A stretch of 64,000 nt of DNA from Actinomycetota bacterium (GTDB taxonomy: Bacteria > Actinomycetota > CADDZG01 > WHSQ01). The translations under genes and the position numbers were made by a program. Under the pieces are notes generated by a model, which worked only from the letters and a program-made list of their open reading frames with translations, was not told the origin of the DNA and searched no databases. The stretch lies in contig WHSV01000006.1 of the NCBI GenBank assembly GCA_009379915.1, positions 279-64,278 of the forward strand. The letters are read 5' to 3'. Below, one piece after another: positions 1 to 9,435 of this stretch; within the stretch, counting starts at the first letter, position 1; the number at the start of each line of letters is the position of its first letter.

Positions 1-700
1 CGAGGCCCCCGACGCGGTCGTGCGACTGGCGTCGGTACTGGCGGCCGAGCTTCCGGTCGCCCGCGACATCGTCGACGTCGCCAACGGCCTGGGAGCCCAG
101 GATCTCGTGATCCGCTCCGTCGCCCGGCCGCGCAACCTGGTCGCGGTGAACATCACGGAGTCACAACTTCACTCCGGCAGAGCGCGGCTGGAGGAGGCAT
201 CCGCAGCTCCTCTCGTCGCCGATGCGACCGCGCTTCCGCTGGCCGACGACAGCGCGGACGGGATCATCAGCATCGAAGCGGCCTTTCACTTCCCCTCTCG
301 GCATAGCTTCTTCGCAGAGGCTCGCCGAGTGCTGAGACCCGGAGGCGTGCTGTCGATGTCCGATGTGTCCGCCGAGCTGACCCGCACGCTTTCTCCGCTG
401 GTGGCTGCCGCAGGGCTGACGAATCTCCGCGTTTGGGGCATCCGGCGGCGCTCGCTGATGACCTCCGCTCAGATCGAGGCAGCCCTCATCTCGGCCGGCT
501 TCGTCAACGTCCGGCTTCATGACGTCAGCCAGCGCGTGTTTCCCCCGGCCATCCGTTTCTTCCGGCAAAGACTGCGAACGGTTCGCGACGAGCCACTCGT
601 CTATCGCTGGGGGTCGAAACTCCTTCTTCGCCAGTGGGAGCTACTCGCGGCACGCGACCAGATGAGGTATCTCCTCGTGAGAGCTCAGGTACCTCCTTAG
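1..700 (+). CDS. class I SAM-dependent methyltransferase (5' end probably outside the window)
   Basis: ORF 20..700, with the frame open back to nt 2. Motif-I-like IVDVANGLGAQD, ADATALPLADDSADGIISIEA and RVLRPGGVLSMSD. Only about 17 aa precede motif I, so the N-terminus is likely cut by the window edge. Confidence 0.7.
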   Translation, partial: EAPDAVVRLASVLAAELPVARDIVDVANGLGAQDLVIRSVARPRNLVAVNITESQLHSGRARLEEASAAPLVADATALPLADDSADGIISIEAAFHFPSRHSFFAEARRVLRPGGVLSMSDVSAELTRTLSPLVAAAGLTNLRVWGIRRRSLMTSAQIEAALISAGFVNVRLHDVSQRVFPPAIRFFRQRLRTVRDEPLVYRWGSKLLLRQWELLAARDQMRYLLVRAQVPP

Positions 701-707
701 GAGGGGG

Positions 708-744
708 CCGGCGGGCGGGGGGCCTGGTCTCCCCCGTCCGCCGG
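708..744 (+). terminator. GC-rich hairpin downstream of the methyltransferase
   Basis: CCGGCGGGCGGGGG (708-721) pairs with CCCCCGTCCGCCGG (731-744) with one G-T wobble. There is no T-tract, so it is terminator-like only. Confidence 0.3.
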
Positions 745-906
745 TCTGGGCAGTGGGCGTGGGGCGCACGACCACTGGTTGGGCTCACCTGGTCGTCAGC
801 CGAGGAGGTTGTTCCCCTGAAGGCTCCGAAACTAGTCATATCGGACTAGTCCGCCAAAAACAAGGCCTCATCACCTAAAGGGGAAGGCAATCATCGGGCC
901 GTGCGA

Positions 907-1888
907 CTAGTGCCGGTGGCCCCGGAACTCGTCTAGTTGTCGCTGGGCCGCCGGGGTCATCCGCCCCTCGGCGTCGCGCACCAGGAAGATCCCCGACATG
1001 CCGAGATCCGAGTGGTTCTGGACGTGGGAGTGATACATCCATGCGCCTGGTCCTACGCGTTCGCCCGCGATGACCTGGAACCCGAGGCGTCCGCGGGCCC
1101 GATCGTCTTGTTGTCGATGATCGGAGACGGATCGTTTGGCGAGCGAAGAGAGCCCGACCGAGTGTCTGCCCAGCGATGGCCGTGAAGGTGGAACGTGTGG
1201 AACTCGTCCCCGTGCGTAATGACGACGAACTCGGCGTGCTGTCCGAGATTCGCTTCGCACAACGGAGTGTTGGGTGCGCGCTTGAACGCAAAGGTCGTAC
1301 CGATCATGACCAGCACACACGGCTCCACATCGGGTACCGGGTCGTTGAGAGCGCGCACGATAAGCGCACCGAACATCCCCGCGTAAATCCCTCTGGTGCC
1401 GTGCTCACCCATGCGGCAGTGGTCGTGGTAGTGCCAGTAACCGGCGGAGCCGGGTTCGACCGAGTCGTCCTCCCGCAACGATTCCGTGTGCGCCTGCCAC
1501 ATGTACGTCCTGTCCCTCCCCGGCCGGACGCAGCTGCGGGTCAGGCGAGTTCCGTCACTCGCCGCGGTGTAGTCAACGCCATGGGCATGAAACGACGCCC
1601 TCTTGGTCGAACGATTCTTCAGAGTGATCGCAATGCACTCTCCCTCGGTCATCTCGATCGTCGGACCGGGAATGGAGGCCTGGCCTCTCTTCAGGCGTAC
1701 GATGCGGTTTTGGTTGATCCTCTGGCGAAGACCGTGACCTCTCTGTCCACCGAGGCGACATCGCAGGCTTGCCGGGCGGGCTGATTGTCGGTCTGGCCGA
1801 TGGTCGGCCGGGACCACGCGAGTGCGCCCGCTATGAGGGCCACCACGACGGTCACTACCGGGATCCACGGCCCGAGGAGTTTCCGCAA
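907..1888 (-). pseudogene. two-domain multicopper oxidase (small-laccase-like) disrupted by two frameshifts
   Basis: Three minus-strand frames join into one roughly 327-aa protein. These are a signal anchor MRKLLGPWIPVVTVVVALIAGALA (1691..1888), a core with WHYHDH and [10 protein letters not shown] copper sites (frame of 1053..2267), and a C-terminus [19 protein letters not shown] (907..1320). The junctions lie near 1722 and near 1088. Confidence 0.75.
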
Positions 1889-1975
1889 CTTTCACGCGAG
1901 TTCTCTCCTTAATCCTGTTCCCCGACCACCTCCCAGGTTCAAGAGCCCGCTCGCGGACGATGCCGAGTTCGAGCG

Positions 1976-2992
1976 TTAATAAAACCAAGCCTGGCGAGTG
2001 AACGCCACGACTCCCAGCGTTGCGATTGGCGCGAAAGCGAGCAAAACCGTCTCGTGCCGCTTTGTATCTCGTCCCGTCCACTCGGCCAGGAACAACACGA
2101 TCGGAAACATCGACAACAGCATCCGAGGAACGCTCAGGTAGATGCTGCTGGTCATGAGGGATGCGAGCAGCACCCCCATGAACCCCGCGTAGCCCCACTC
2201 GCGCTTGACCAGCGCCCACACCACCGACAGCATCCCGAGCGCGACAGCAACGATTTCGACGCGCCATCCGATGACGAAGTTCGTAAGAGCGCCCTCACCG
2301 GCGTCGACTCGGGTTGCTCCCCACGTCGCGCGCAGGGCCTCCAGCGGGCCGGAGAGCTCGCGACCCCAACCCAGCCGTTGGTCCGTGAAGAAGTACAGCG
2401 GATCCCCCTTGACCTGCCAGAGGTAGGCCGCGAACGCGAGCAGCGGAAGCAGCGCCACGACCCCGGCCGCGAGGCCTCTGCGAAGGGTGGCTCCGCTGAA
2501 GTCCCGTTGGCGTACGAACTCCAGCAAGAGACCGACGAGAAGAAAGGCTCCGGCGGCGCGAGCTCCCATCGCGACGGCTGCGCACGCCCCGGACACGAGC
2601 CACCGTTGATGCCGCGCGTAGTAGAACGCCGGAATGGCTCCGGCGAGGAACAGGGACTCGCTGTAGGGAGCCACCAGGAAGACCGCCGAGGGGAAGAACA
2701 ACAAGTAGAGCGAAGCGCGTCGACCCCCGCCTTGCTCCTGCGGTCCGGCCGAGCCCGCCCCGCGGCCTTGCTCCTCCTCGGCCAACCGGTAGAGGTACGC
2801 CACGGCAACCACGCTTGCGGCGGTGGACAACACCATTGCGGCGAGAGCGGGGCCGAGGCCCGTCGCCGACAGAGCACGAATCATCAGGGGCCACAAGGGG
2901 AAGAAGGCGGTCGCGTGCGGATCACTCCGCTCATCCGTGTAGCCGAACTCGGCGATTTCCAGGAAATGCTGAGCGTCCCAGCGCGTCCACAT
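1976..2992 (-). CDS. polytopic membrane glycosyltransferase (PIG-V / GT-C mannosyltransferase-like)
   Basis: ORF 1976..2992 with many TM segments. WTRWDAQHFLEIAEFGY resembles the WD..HY motif of PIG-V-type mannosyltransferases. The real start is probably upstream (see finding at 2993-3205). Confidence 0.55.
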   Translation of the reverse strand: MWTRWDAQHFLEIAEFGYTDERSDPHATAFFPLWPLMIRALSATGLGPALAAMVLSTAASVVAVAYLYRLAEEEQGRGAGSAGPQEQGGGRRASLYLLFFPSAVFLVAPYSESLFLAGAIPAFYYARHQRWLVSGACAAVAMGARAAGAFLLVGLLLEFVRQRDFSGATLRRGLAAGVVALLPLLAFAAYLWQVKGDPLYFFTDQRLGWGRELSGPLEALRATWGATRVDAGEGALTNFVIGWRVEIVAVALGMLSVVWALVKREWGYAGFMGVLLASLMTSSIYLSVPRMLLSMFPIVLFLAEWTGRDTKRHETVLLAFAPIATLGVVAFTRQAWFY

Positions 2993-3202
2993 ATCGAGGA
3001 CGCCGATACCGGATGAGCCATCCGTTGAAGCCAGAAAGGAAGCCGCGAGGTACGCAACTCCCAGATAGACGACGCGCGTGAAGGCGACCAGCTTGAGCGC
3101 CTCGAGCCACGCGATCGGTCGCGAGGATGTCCCCGGAAGAGCGCCCCGAGGGCTCTTGCGGTTAGTCCGCGGGGTGGCGATGGCCTCTGCTCTGCACGCG
3201 CT

Positions 3203-4711
3203 CTACTCCGGCGTCCAACGGACCGTGAGCCGCCGGGCGGCGCGCGCCTCGTCGGGTCGCCGAACCGGAGTCGTCACCGGCGCGCCGTGCAGCAACTCGG
3301 GATGCTCCTCGGCCTCCCCGGCGATCTGATTCAGGGCGTCGGCGAGACCGTCGATCGTCTCTTTCGACTCCGTCTCGGTCGGCTCCACCATCAGAGCCTC
3401 CTCCACCACGAGGGGGAAGTAGACGGTCGGAGGGTGATAGCCGAAGTCGATGAGGCGCTTCGCTACATCCATGGCCCGGACCCCGTGCTGCTTCAGTGGT
3501 TTCGCGCTCGCGACGAACTCGTGCATGCAGATGCCGGGATACTTGGTGGGAAACGAGTCTGCGACGAGCGTTCGCAGATAATTCGCGTTGAGCACCGCCC
3601 GCTCCGCGACTCTGCGAAGGCCCTCCGGTCCGAGCGAACGCAGATACGCATAGGCGCGCACGTTGATGCCGAAGTTTCCGTGGAAGCCGTGGATGCGTCC
3701 GATGGAGTCCGGCCGGTCGTGGTCCCACCCCCACCTCTCTGTGCCCTTGTCGTAAACGAGCACAGGAGCCGGAAGGAAGCGCGCCAGTCGATCGCTCACG
3801 GCGAGGGGGCCCGAGCCCGGTCCCCCGCCACCGTGGGGTGTGGCGAAGGTCTTGTGCAGATTCAGGTGCACGATGTCGAAGCCCATGTCGCCCGGCCGAA
3901 CGATGCCGACGATCGAATTGAAGTTGGCCCCGTCGTAGTAAAGAAGCCCGCCGACCTCGTGTACCGCCGTGGCGATCCGTACGATGTCGCGCTCGAAGAG
4001 GCCGAGTGTGTTGGGATTCGTGAGCATGAGACCTGCGACGTTCTCGTCGAGCACGTCGATCAGGGCCTCGACGTCAACGAGGCCGCGCTCGTCGGAACGA
4101 ACTTCCACGGCCTCGTAGCCGGCAAGCGAAACGCTGGCAGGATTGGTTCCGTGAGCGGAGTCGGGGATGATGACCCGCCTCCTCGCATCACCGTTCGCCT
4201 CGTGCCATGCGCGCATGATCAGGAGTCCCGTCAGCTCGCCCTGCGCGCCGGCGGCGGGTTGCATCGTTATCGCATCCATGCCGGTCGCCTCACACAGCGC
4301 CTCCTCCAGCGTCCCCAGCAACTCGAGTGCACCCTGAACCAGGTCGTCGGGGGCCAACGGATGCAGAGCCGCGAACCCCGGCATGGCGGCCGCTTCCTCG
4401 GCGACCTTCGGGTTGTACTTCATCGAGCAGGAGCCGAGGGGATACGCACCGACGTCGATCGCCCAGTTTCGCTGGCTCAGGCGCGTGTAATGGCGCACCA
4501 GGTCGCGTTCGCTGACCTCCGGTAAGGCCGGAGCCTGAGACCTCCGGAACCTCTCGGGTACCAGCTCGTCGAGCTCGGGGGCATCGACCTTCGCCTCCGG
4601 CAACGACCAGGCTCGCCTGCCCTTGCGGGACAGCTCGAAAACGAGCGGAAATCCTGCGCCGTCCGGGCGGGTGCCGGCCGACTGCTCGAGCGAACCCTGC
4701 GTCCCAGTCAT
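3203..4711 (-). CDS. gcvPB: glycine dehydrogenase (decarboxylating) subunit 2
   Basis: C-terminal 502 aa of ORF 3203..5077 ([25 protein letters not shown]). Start taken at MTGTQGS (ATG 4711), which overlaps the gcvPA stop as ATGA. Confidence 0.93.
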   Translation of the reverse strand: MTGTQGSLEQSAGTRPDGAGFPLVFELSRKGRRAWSLPEAKVDAPELDELVPERFRRSQAPALPEVSERDLVRHYTRLSQRNWAIDVGAYPLGSCSMKYNPKVAEEAAAMPGFAALHPLAPDDLVQGALELLGTLEEALCEATGMDAITMQPAAGAQGELTGLLIMRAWHEANGDARRRVIIPDSAHGTNPASVSLAGYEAVEVRSDERGLVDVEALIDVLDENVAGLMLTNPNTLGLFERDIVRIATAVHEVGGLLYYDGANFNSIVGIVRPGDMGFDIVHLNLHKTFATPHGGGGPGSGPLAVSDRLARFLPAPVLVYDKGTERWGWDHDRPDSIGRIHGFHGNFGINVRAYAYLRSLGPEGLRRVAERAVLNANYLRTLVADSFPTKYPGICMHEFVASAKPLKQHGVRAMDVAKRLIDFGYHPPTVYFPLVVEEALMVEPTETESKETIDGLADALNQIAGEAEEHPELLHGAPVTTPVRRPDEARAARRLTVRWTPE

Positions 4712-6048
4712 CCCGCCAGCTCCTTCTCGAGCGCTTCGGCGAGTCCGACGATGTCCTGTTCGGTCCGCCGTTCGGTGACCGCCACCAGAAGGCAGTCGCT
4801 GAGCTCGGGCCACCACCGACCCAGACTTGGACCGGCGAGATAACCGCGTTCGGCAATCGACCGCTCGAGCTCCCGCGCGTCGCCGGGCGTTCGCAAGACG
4901 ATCTCTTTGAAATGAGGACCCTCGAATGCGATCTCGCAGCCCGGGATCTCGGACAGGCGCTCGGCGGTGAACGCGGTTCGACGAATGCACACCTCGCCCA
5001 GCCGCTGCAGTCCCTGGGGGCCCAGCCAGCCGAGGTAGACCGACGCAAAGATGGCCATGAGCGTCTGGTTGGTACACACGTTAGACGTGGCCCTTGCTCG
5101 CCGGATGTGCTGCTCTCTCGCCTGGAGGGTGAGGACGTAGGCGCGCCGGCCGTCGGCATCGACCGTCTCGCCTGCGATTCGTCCGGGGACCTGGCGCACG
5201 TGATCGAGATGGGTGGCAAACAGCCCCACGTAAGGGCCACCGTATGACTTGGGGTTTCCCAGGGCCTGACCTTCGCCGACCGCGACGTCCGCGCCCAGGG
5301 TTCCCGGTGATTCCAGAACTCCCATCGCGGTCGGATCGGTCACGGCGATCGACAGCGCGCCGGCCTCGTGAGCCACCGACGACGCCGTCTGTAGATCTTC
5401 GAGGCGACCGAAGAAGTTCGGGTAGGCGCACGCGACCGCCGCGGCCCCGGTGGCGTCGACCTTCGACCAGTCGACGATCCCCTCGCCGCCGAAGGGCACG
5501 ACCTCCACGTCTAGATCTAAACCTGAGGTACAGGTTCGCAGCACCTGGACGTAGTGGGGGTGCACCGTCGCCCCCACCAGCACCCTCGAGCGCTTGGTCG
5601 TCCTCATCGACAGCGTCACCGCCTCCACGAGGGCGTTGGCCCCGTCGTAGAGCGATGCGTTGGCAACCTCCATCCCGTAGAGCTCGCAGACGAGGGTCTG
5701 GAACTCGAAGATCGCCTGCAGGACCCCCTGACTGAGCTCGGGCTGATAGGGCGTGTAGGAGGTCGCGAACTCCGCTCGACCGGCGAGCGCCTTTACCACC
5801 GGGGGCAGGTGATGGTCGTAGCTTCCTCCTCCCGCGAAGCAGACCAGCTCGGCGGGCCCCCGCGAGCGCCGGGCGAGCCGCGCCATGTGATCGAGGAGCT
5901 CGACTTCGTCGAGGGCCGGCGGCACGTCGAGTGGGCGGGTCAGTTGCAACGAGGGATCGATTGCTTCGAAGAGGTCGCTCAGAGCGTCCAGTCCGACCGT
6001 GTCCAGCATCGCCCGGTCGTCGTCGTGAGTATGCGGCGCGAAGTCCAA
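4708..6048 (-). CDS. gcvPA: glycine dehydrogenase (decarboxylating) subunit 1
   Basis: ORF 4708..6183 trimmed to the TTG at 6048 ([15 protein letters not shown] is a typical GcvPA N-terminus). A GGGGG Shine-Dalgarno lies 7 nt upstream. The product is 446 aa. Confidence 0.9.
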   Translation of the reverse strand: MDFAPHTHDDDRAMLDTVGLDALSDLFEAIDPSLQLTRPLDVPPALDEVELLDHMARLARRSRGPAELVCFAGGGSYDHHLPPVVKALAGRAEFATSYTPYQPELSQGVLQAIFEFQTLVCELYGMEVANASLYDGANALVEAVTLSMRTTKRSRVLVGATVHPHYVQVLRTCTSGLDLDVEVVPFGGEGIVDWSKVDATGAAAVACAYPNFFGRLEDLQTASSVAHEAGALSIAVTDPTAMGVLESPGTLGADVAVGEGQALGNPKSYGGPYVGLFATHLDHVRQVPGRIAGETVDADGRRAYVLTLQAREQHIRRARATSNVCTNQTLMAIFASVYLGWLGPQGLQRLGEVCIRRTAFTAERLSEIPGCEIAFEGPHFKEIVLRTPGDARELERSIAERGYLAGPSLGRWWPELSDCLLVAVTERRTEQDIVGLAEALEKELAG

Positions 6049-6061
6049 CGGATAGCCCCCA

Positions 6062-6083
6062 GTAGATTTGTCGACTTCTCTAC
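6062..6083. repeat. ATTTGTCGAC-family box (GTAGA-N3-GTCGAC-N3-TCTAC)
   Basis: The sequence gtagatttgtcgacttctctac lies in the 61-nt gcvT-gcvPA spacer, 14 nt upstream of the gcvPA start. Confidence 0.6.
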
Positions 6084-6109
6084 CTGTTGATGTGTTGCCT
6101 TGTCGTCGG

Positions 6110-7183
6110 TCAGGCTCTCTTGATGAAAGGCGGCTTAACGATATCGCCCTCGATCCGCCGACCGCGCGCCTCGATGGCGACACTCTGCCCGACCTCCGGG
6201 GTTAGCTCGCGCGGTCCCAGAGCAAGCCCGATGCCCGTGCCCAGCGTCGGCGAGAAGTTTCCGCTGGTGAGCTCGCCGATCCGCTGCTCGCCGGCGAAGA
6301 CCGGGCAGCCCTGGCGCGGCACTCCCCGGCCGGTGCACGCGATGCCGAACAATCTTCTGGCCGGACCGGTCTCTTTCACCGCGCTGAGTGCCTCTTTCCC
6401 GCGAAAGTCGGGATCCCATTTCACCGCCCATCCAAGCGACGCCTCCAGCGGATTGATGTCGCGCGTCAACTCGTGCCCGTAGAGGGCGTAGCCCATCTCG
6501 AGGCGCAAGGTGTCGCGGGCACCAAGCCCGACGGGGGCGGCCCCCGCATCGAGAATCCGCTCGAGGGCCGGCTCGGCCACGGCGGCGGGTGCGTAGAGCT
6601 CGAAGCCCCGTTCGCCGGTGTAGCCGGTGCGAGCGACCATCCCCTCCTCTCCGAGAACATCGAGCGTCGTGAAGCGGTGGAGCTTGAGGTCCGTCGCTCC
6701 GCTCCCGGGGAAGACCTTGTCGAACACCTCGAAGGATCTCGGGCCCTGAATGGCGAGGATGGCCCAGCGATCCCACTCGTCGGCTACCTCGGTGCCCGAT
6801 GCTTCGATCATCTCGGCAACCGCCGTGACGTTCGCAGCGTTCGGCACCACGAGCCACTCGTGTTCCGCCACGCGGTAGATGAAGATGTCGTCGACGGTGC
6901 CGGCGTCGTCCGTCAGCACGAGCGCATAACTCGCCTGCCCCGGCACGAGGCCCTCGATGTCGGCGGTCACGGCATGCTGCAGCGCGGCGCTGCCCTGCGG
7001 GGAGGTAACCCGAAGCTTCCCGAGGTGGCTGACGTCGAATACCCCGGCGTTGTGTCTCACCGCGTTGTGCTCGGCGACGACGCCGGAGTACTGCAGGGGC
7101 ATATCCCAGCCGCCGAACTCTACGATCCGGGCTCCCAAGCGCTTGTGCGCGTCGAGAAGATGCGTCTCACGCGCCCCGGCCAT
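6110..7183 (-). CDS. gcvT: aminomethyltransferase (glycine cleavage T protein)
   Basis: ORF 6110..7534 trimmed to MAGARETHLLDAHKRLGARIVEFGGWDMPLQY (ATG 7183), a canonical GcvT N-terminus. Confidence 0.93.
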   Translation of the reverse strand: MAGARETHLLDAHKRLGARIVEFGGWDMPLQYSGVVAEHNAVRHNAGVFDVSHLGKLRVTSPQGSAALQHAVTADIEGLVPGQASYALVLTDDAGTVDDIFIYRVAEHEWLVVPNAANVTAVAEMIEASGTEVADEWDRWAILAIQGPRSFEVFDKVFPGSGATDLKLHRFTTLDVLGEEGMVARTGYTGERGFELYAPAAVAEPALERILDAGAAPVGLGARDTLRLEMGYALYGHELTRDINPLEASLGWAVKWDPDFRGKEALSAVKETGPARRLFGIACTGRGVPRQGCPVFAGEQRIGELTSGNFSPTLGTGIGLALGPRELTPEVGQSVAIEARGRRIEGDIVKPPFIKRA

Positions 7184-7188
7184 AGGGC

Positions 7189-7656
7189 TCAACCCGCCAA
7201 TGCGGATCCGAACGAGCGGCGCTCGGCCCAGAGATCGAGGTCGAGCTTCCCGTCCAGCTTCTCGAGCGACGACCCCTGGGACGGCTCCTCCAATCCGTAC
7301 TTGATCAGGAGGTTGAGATAGTCGCGCTGGTACAGGATGCGGCAGCGGACATCCGGATACAGCGAGGTCAGTCGCCTCACCTTGCGGTTCTTCTTCGTCA
7401 CGAGCTTCTGGTTGAGGGTCGTGATCTCTATGTAGAGATCGAACTCCGGCAAGTAGAAATCCGGGGAGAAGCGCTGAGCCGGGTTGCCCTGCCGATCCCA
7501 CTCGATGTCGAAGGTCGTCGGTTCGTAACGCCACTCGATCATGTAGAAGTCGAGCAGGGTCGCGAACTGCCGCTCACTGTTGTGAGCAAACCGAGTCTGC
7601 TCATGGGGAAGGAGCGAAGAAGGGTCGGCCTTAACCGGCGCCCGTTCCTCTGAGAT
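7189..7656 (-). CDS. conserved hypothetical protein, start codon unresolved
   Basis: The 3' part of the 7189..8250 frame has coding-like third-position GC (FSPDFYLPEFDLYIEITT). No ATG/GTG/TTG occurs between the MerR stop and ATG 7542. AAGGAGG sits 7 nt before an ATC at 7656. Confidence 0.5.
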   Translation of the reverse strand: MSEERAPVKADPSSLLPHEQTRFAHNSERQFATLLDFYMIEWRYEPTTFDIEWDRQGNPAQRFSPDFYLPEFDLYIEITTLNQKLVTKKNRKVRRLTSLYPDVRCRILYQRDYLNLLIKYGLEEPSQGSSLEKLDGKLDLDLWAERRSFGSALAG

Positions 7657-7658
7657 GT

Positions 7659-8144
7659 CTAGCCCTCCTTGGCTCGCAGCTCTTCCTCGCGCCCAGGAGA
7701 ACCGTACGTCACGTCCTCTGCGGTGGGTCGGAGTTCTGCCAAAGTTCCATCGAGCTGCTCCTTGACCTTCTCGACCGATACGAGTGATCCGAGCACTCCC
7801 TGTCCCGAGCGGAGAAGGTCTAGGACCTCCGCCTCCGACGTGCACGCGTAGACGCGATCCCCGTCGGTGGCGATGGTCACCTTGGACCAGTCCCCCTCTA
7901 TGTTCTCGCGCACGTACTCGATGGATTGACGAACTTTCTGAAGGCTTGCCCCCGCGTCGATCAGCTCCTTGATGACCTTGAGCTGCAGTAGGTCGTTGAA
8001 GCTGTAGACGCGCTGGGTCCCCGATCCCTCGGCCGACTTGATGGAGGGGGCGACGAGACCAGTGCGGGTCCAGTAGTCGAGCTGGCGATAGGTGATGTCG
8101 ACGATCTTGGTTGCCTGTGGGCCCCCGTACCCCATCTTCTCCAT
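7659..8144 (-). CDS. MerR family transcriptional regulator
   Basis: ORF 7659..8144. ITYRQLDYWTRTGLVAPS...RVYSFNDLLQLKVIKEL is a MerR-type HTH. Its position matches the Rv1830-like gene of the conserved block. Confidence 0.85.
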   Translation of the reverse strand: MEKMGYGGPQATKIVDITYRQLDYWTRTGLVAPSIKSAEGSGTQRVYSFNDLLQLKVIKELIDAGASLQKVRQSIEYVRENIEGDWSKVTIATDGDRVYACTSEAEVLDLLRSGQGVLGSLVSVEKVKEQLDGTLAELRPTAEDVTYGSPGREEELRAKEG

Positions 8145-8208
8145 TGCTGCCTCCCCGGACGACCGGTCGCGATCCTATGAAGTACAACTTGGTAGTTACG
8201 TGCCTGGA

Positions 8209-8237
8209 ACCGTACGCTCCCGCGCGCGGCCTGTCAA
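8209..8237 (-). promoter_or_regulatory. candidate promoter TTGACA-17-TACGGT for the MerR/gcvT operon
   Basis: Minus strand: TTGACA (8237-8232), a 17-nt spacer, then TACGGT (8214-8209). This lies about 65 nt upstream of ATG 8144. Confidence 0.4.
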
Positions 8238-8335
8238 CGACAACCTTCATTGTTGACTGAAGAGTTCAGCCAAGTATCAACGTCAGGGCGCGCGTTAGGA
8301 GACCAAATTCACGCGAACGAGCCGGGAGGAGGGGT

Positions 8336-8815
8336 CTAGGTGTCGCTCGCGAAGTCCTCGGGCTGCACCTGGTCGAGGAACTCCCTGAACTTCTCGACCT
8401 CGGTCTCCTCTTCGTCTTTTAGCTCGATGCCCGCCTGTTCCAGGACCTCTTCGGAGGCGAAGATGGGGGCGTTGATCCTCACCGCGAGGGCGATCGCGTC
8501 GCTCGGCCGGGACGACACCTCGGAGTTTCCGCCGTTCGCGGCCATCCTGATCGTGGCGAAGAAGGTCTGCTCCACCAGGTCGTTGATGATGATCCGTTCG
8601 ACCGCCGTGTTGGTGGTGTTGAGGATGTCGCGTAACAGGTCGTGCGTCATGGGCCGGGGAGTCTGAATTCCCTGGAGGGCGAACGCAATTGCCGTCGCCT
8701 CGACCGCACCTATCCAGATGGGTAGGTAGCGTTCTCCGTCGACCTCCTTCAACAGCACGATCGGTTGGTTCGACGGTAGCTCGACTCGCACGCCGACGAG
8801 CGATAGCTCGATCAT
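8336..8815 (-). CDS. bifunctional nuclease (BFN/DUF151) family protein
   Basis: ORF 8336..8815. PIVLLKEVDGERYLPIWIGAVEATAIAFALQG...RPMTHDLL is the DUF151 signature. The position is Rv1829-like. Confidence 0.85.
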   Translation of the reverse strand: MIELSLVGVRVELPSNQPIVLLKEVDGERYLPIWIGAVEATAIAFALQGIQTPRPMTHDLLRDILNTTNTAVERIIINDLVEQTFFATIRMAANGGNSEVSSRPSDAIALAVRINAPIFASEEVLEQAGIELKDEEETEVEKFREFLDQVQPEDFASDT

Positions 8816-8834
8816 GCGTCCGAAACTAACACCG

Positions 8835-9431
8835 TCACCCGCTTTTCAAACCGAAGAGTTGAGCCACCATCAGACGCGGATCGTTGGCAAGCCGAGCAAG
8901 ATCTCTAACCGCCAGGATGTCCGCCACGTTGCGGTAGAGCCCCTGAAAGTCGAGCCCATAGCCCACGACGAAGACATCGGGAATCTCGAACGCGCTGAAC
9001 TCGAGTGGGACGGGGATGATCCTTCGAGCGGTCTTGTCCAAGAGGGTCACGGCTCGTAGCGAATCGGGCTCGCGCTGCGACAAGGTCTTGCGCAGGTAGT
9101 TGAGGGTTAGTCCTGTGTCCACGATGTCTTCCACGACCACGACATCGCGACCCCGAACGTCCTCATCGAGATCCTTGACGATGCGTACCACTCCGGACTG
9201 CGAGTACGAGGAGATGGACATGAAGTCGACGGCGACGTCGATATCCATGGCTCTGATGAGATCGGCTAGAAACATGGCCGAACCTTTTAGGACCCCCACC
9301 AGCACGGGAGGTTCCTCGTCGGCGAAGAGCCCTGCGAGTTCGGCCCCCAGTTCGTCGATGCGCCGAGCGATCGAGGCGCGATCGATCAACAGCTCGGCTG
9401 GGAGATTCGAGGCGAAGCGGCCGTCGATCAC
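8835..9431 (-). CDS. hpt: hypoxanthine phosphoribosyltransferase
   Basis: ORF 8835..9431. It carries the PRPP-binding loop VVVVEDIVDTGLTL and VLKGSAMFLADL. Confidence 0.9.
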   Translation of the reverse strand: MIDGRFASNLPAELLIDRASIARRIDELGAELAGLFADEEPPVLVGVLKGSAMFLADLIRAMDIDVAVDFMSISSYSQSGVVRIVKDLDEDVRGRDVVVVEDIVDTGLTLNYLRKTLSQREPDSLRAVTLLDKTARRIIPVPLEFSAFEIPDVFVVGYGLDFQGLYRNVADILAVRDLARLANDPRLMVAQLFGLKSG

Positions 9432-9435
9432 CCCG

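Noticed and set aside
831-911. Three ACTAGT sites within 80 bp (831, 845 within the palindrome CGGACTAGTCCG, and 906), plus ACTAGTC at 25166 and 38784.
   Set aside because: My rough composition estimate gives a few expected ACTAGTC hits in 64 kb on both strands. CTAG-containing words also concentrate around TAG stops. The local cluster is noted but is not distinguishable from chance.
3203-5077. N-terminal extensions of ORF-track models. Examples are gcvPB at 624 aa, gcvT at 474 aa, rluB at 521 aa, scpB at 575 aa, the cyclase at 446 aa, pgi at 606 aa, HAD at 470 aa and mctB at 468 aa.
   Set aside because: The extensions are Arg/Gly/Pro-rich, overlap the upstream gene, and precede canonical family N-termini. 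Those N-termini coincide with 4-nt stop/start overlaps or Shine-Dalgarno sites, so the shorter models were used.
7423-7440. Perfect 8-2-8 palindrome GATCTCTATGTAGAGATC.
   Set aside because: It lies inside the coding region and encodes the conserved-looking DLYIEI segment. A single occurrence has no supporting context, so it is treated as coincidence.
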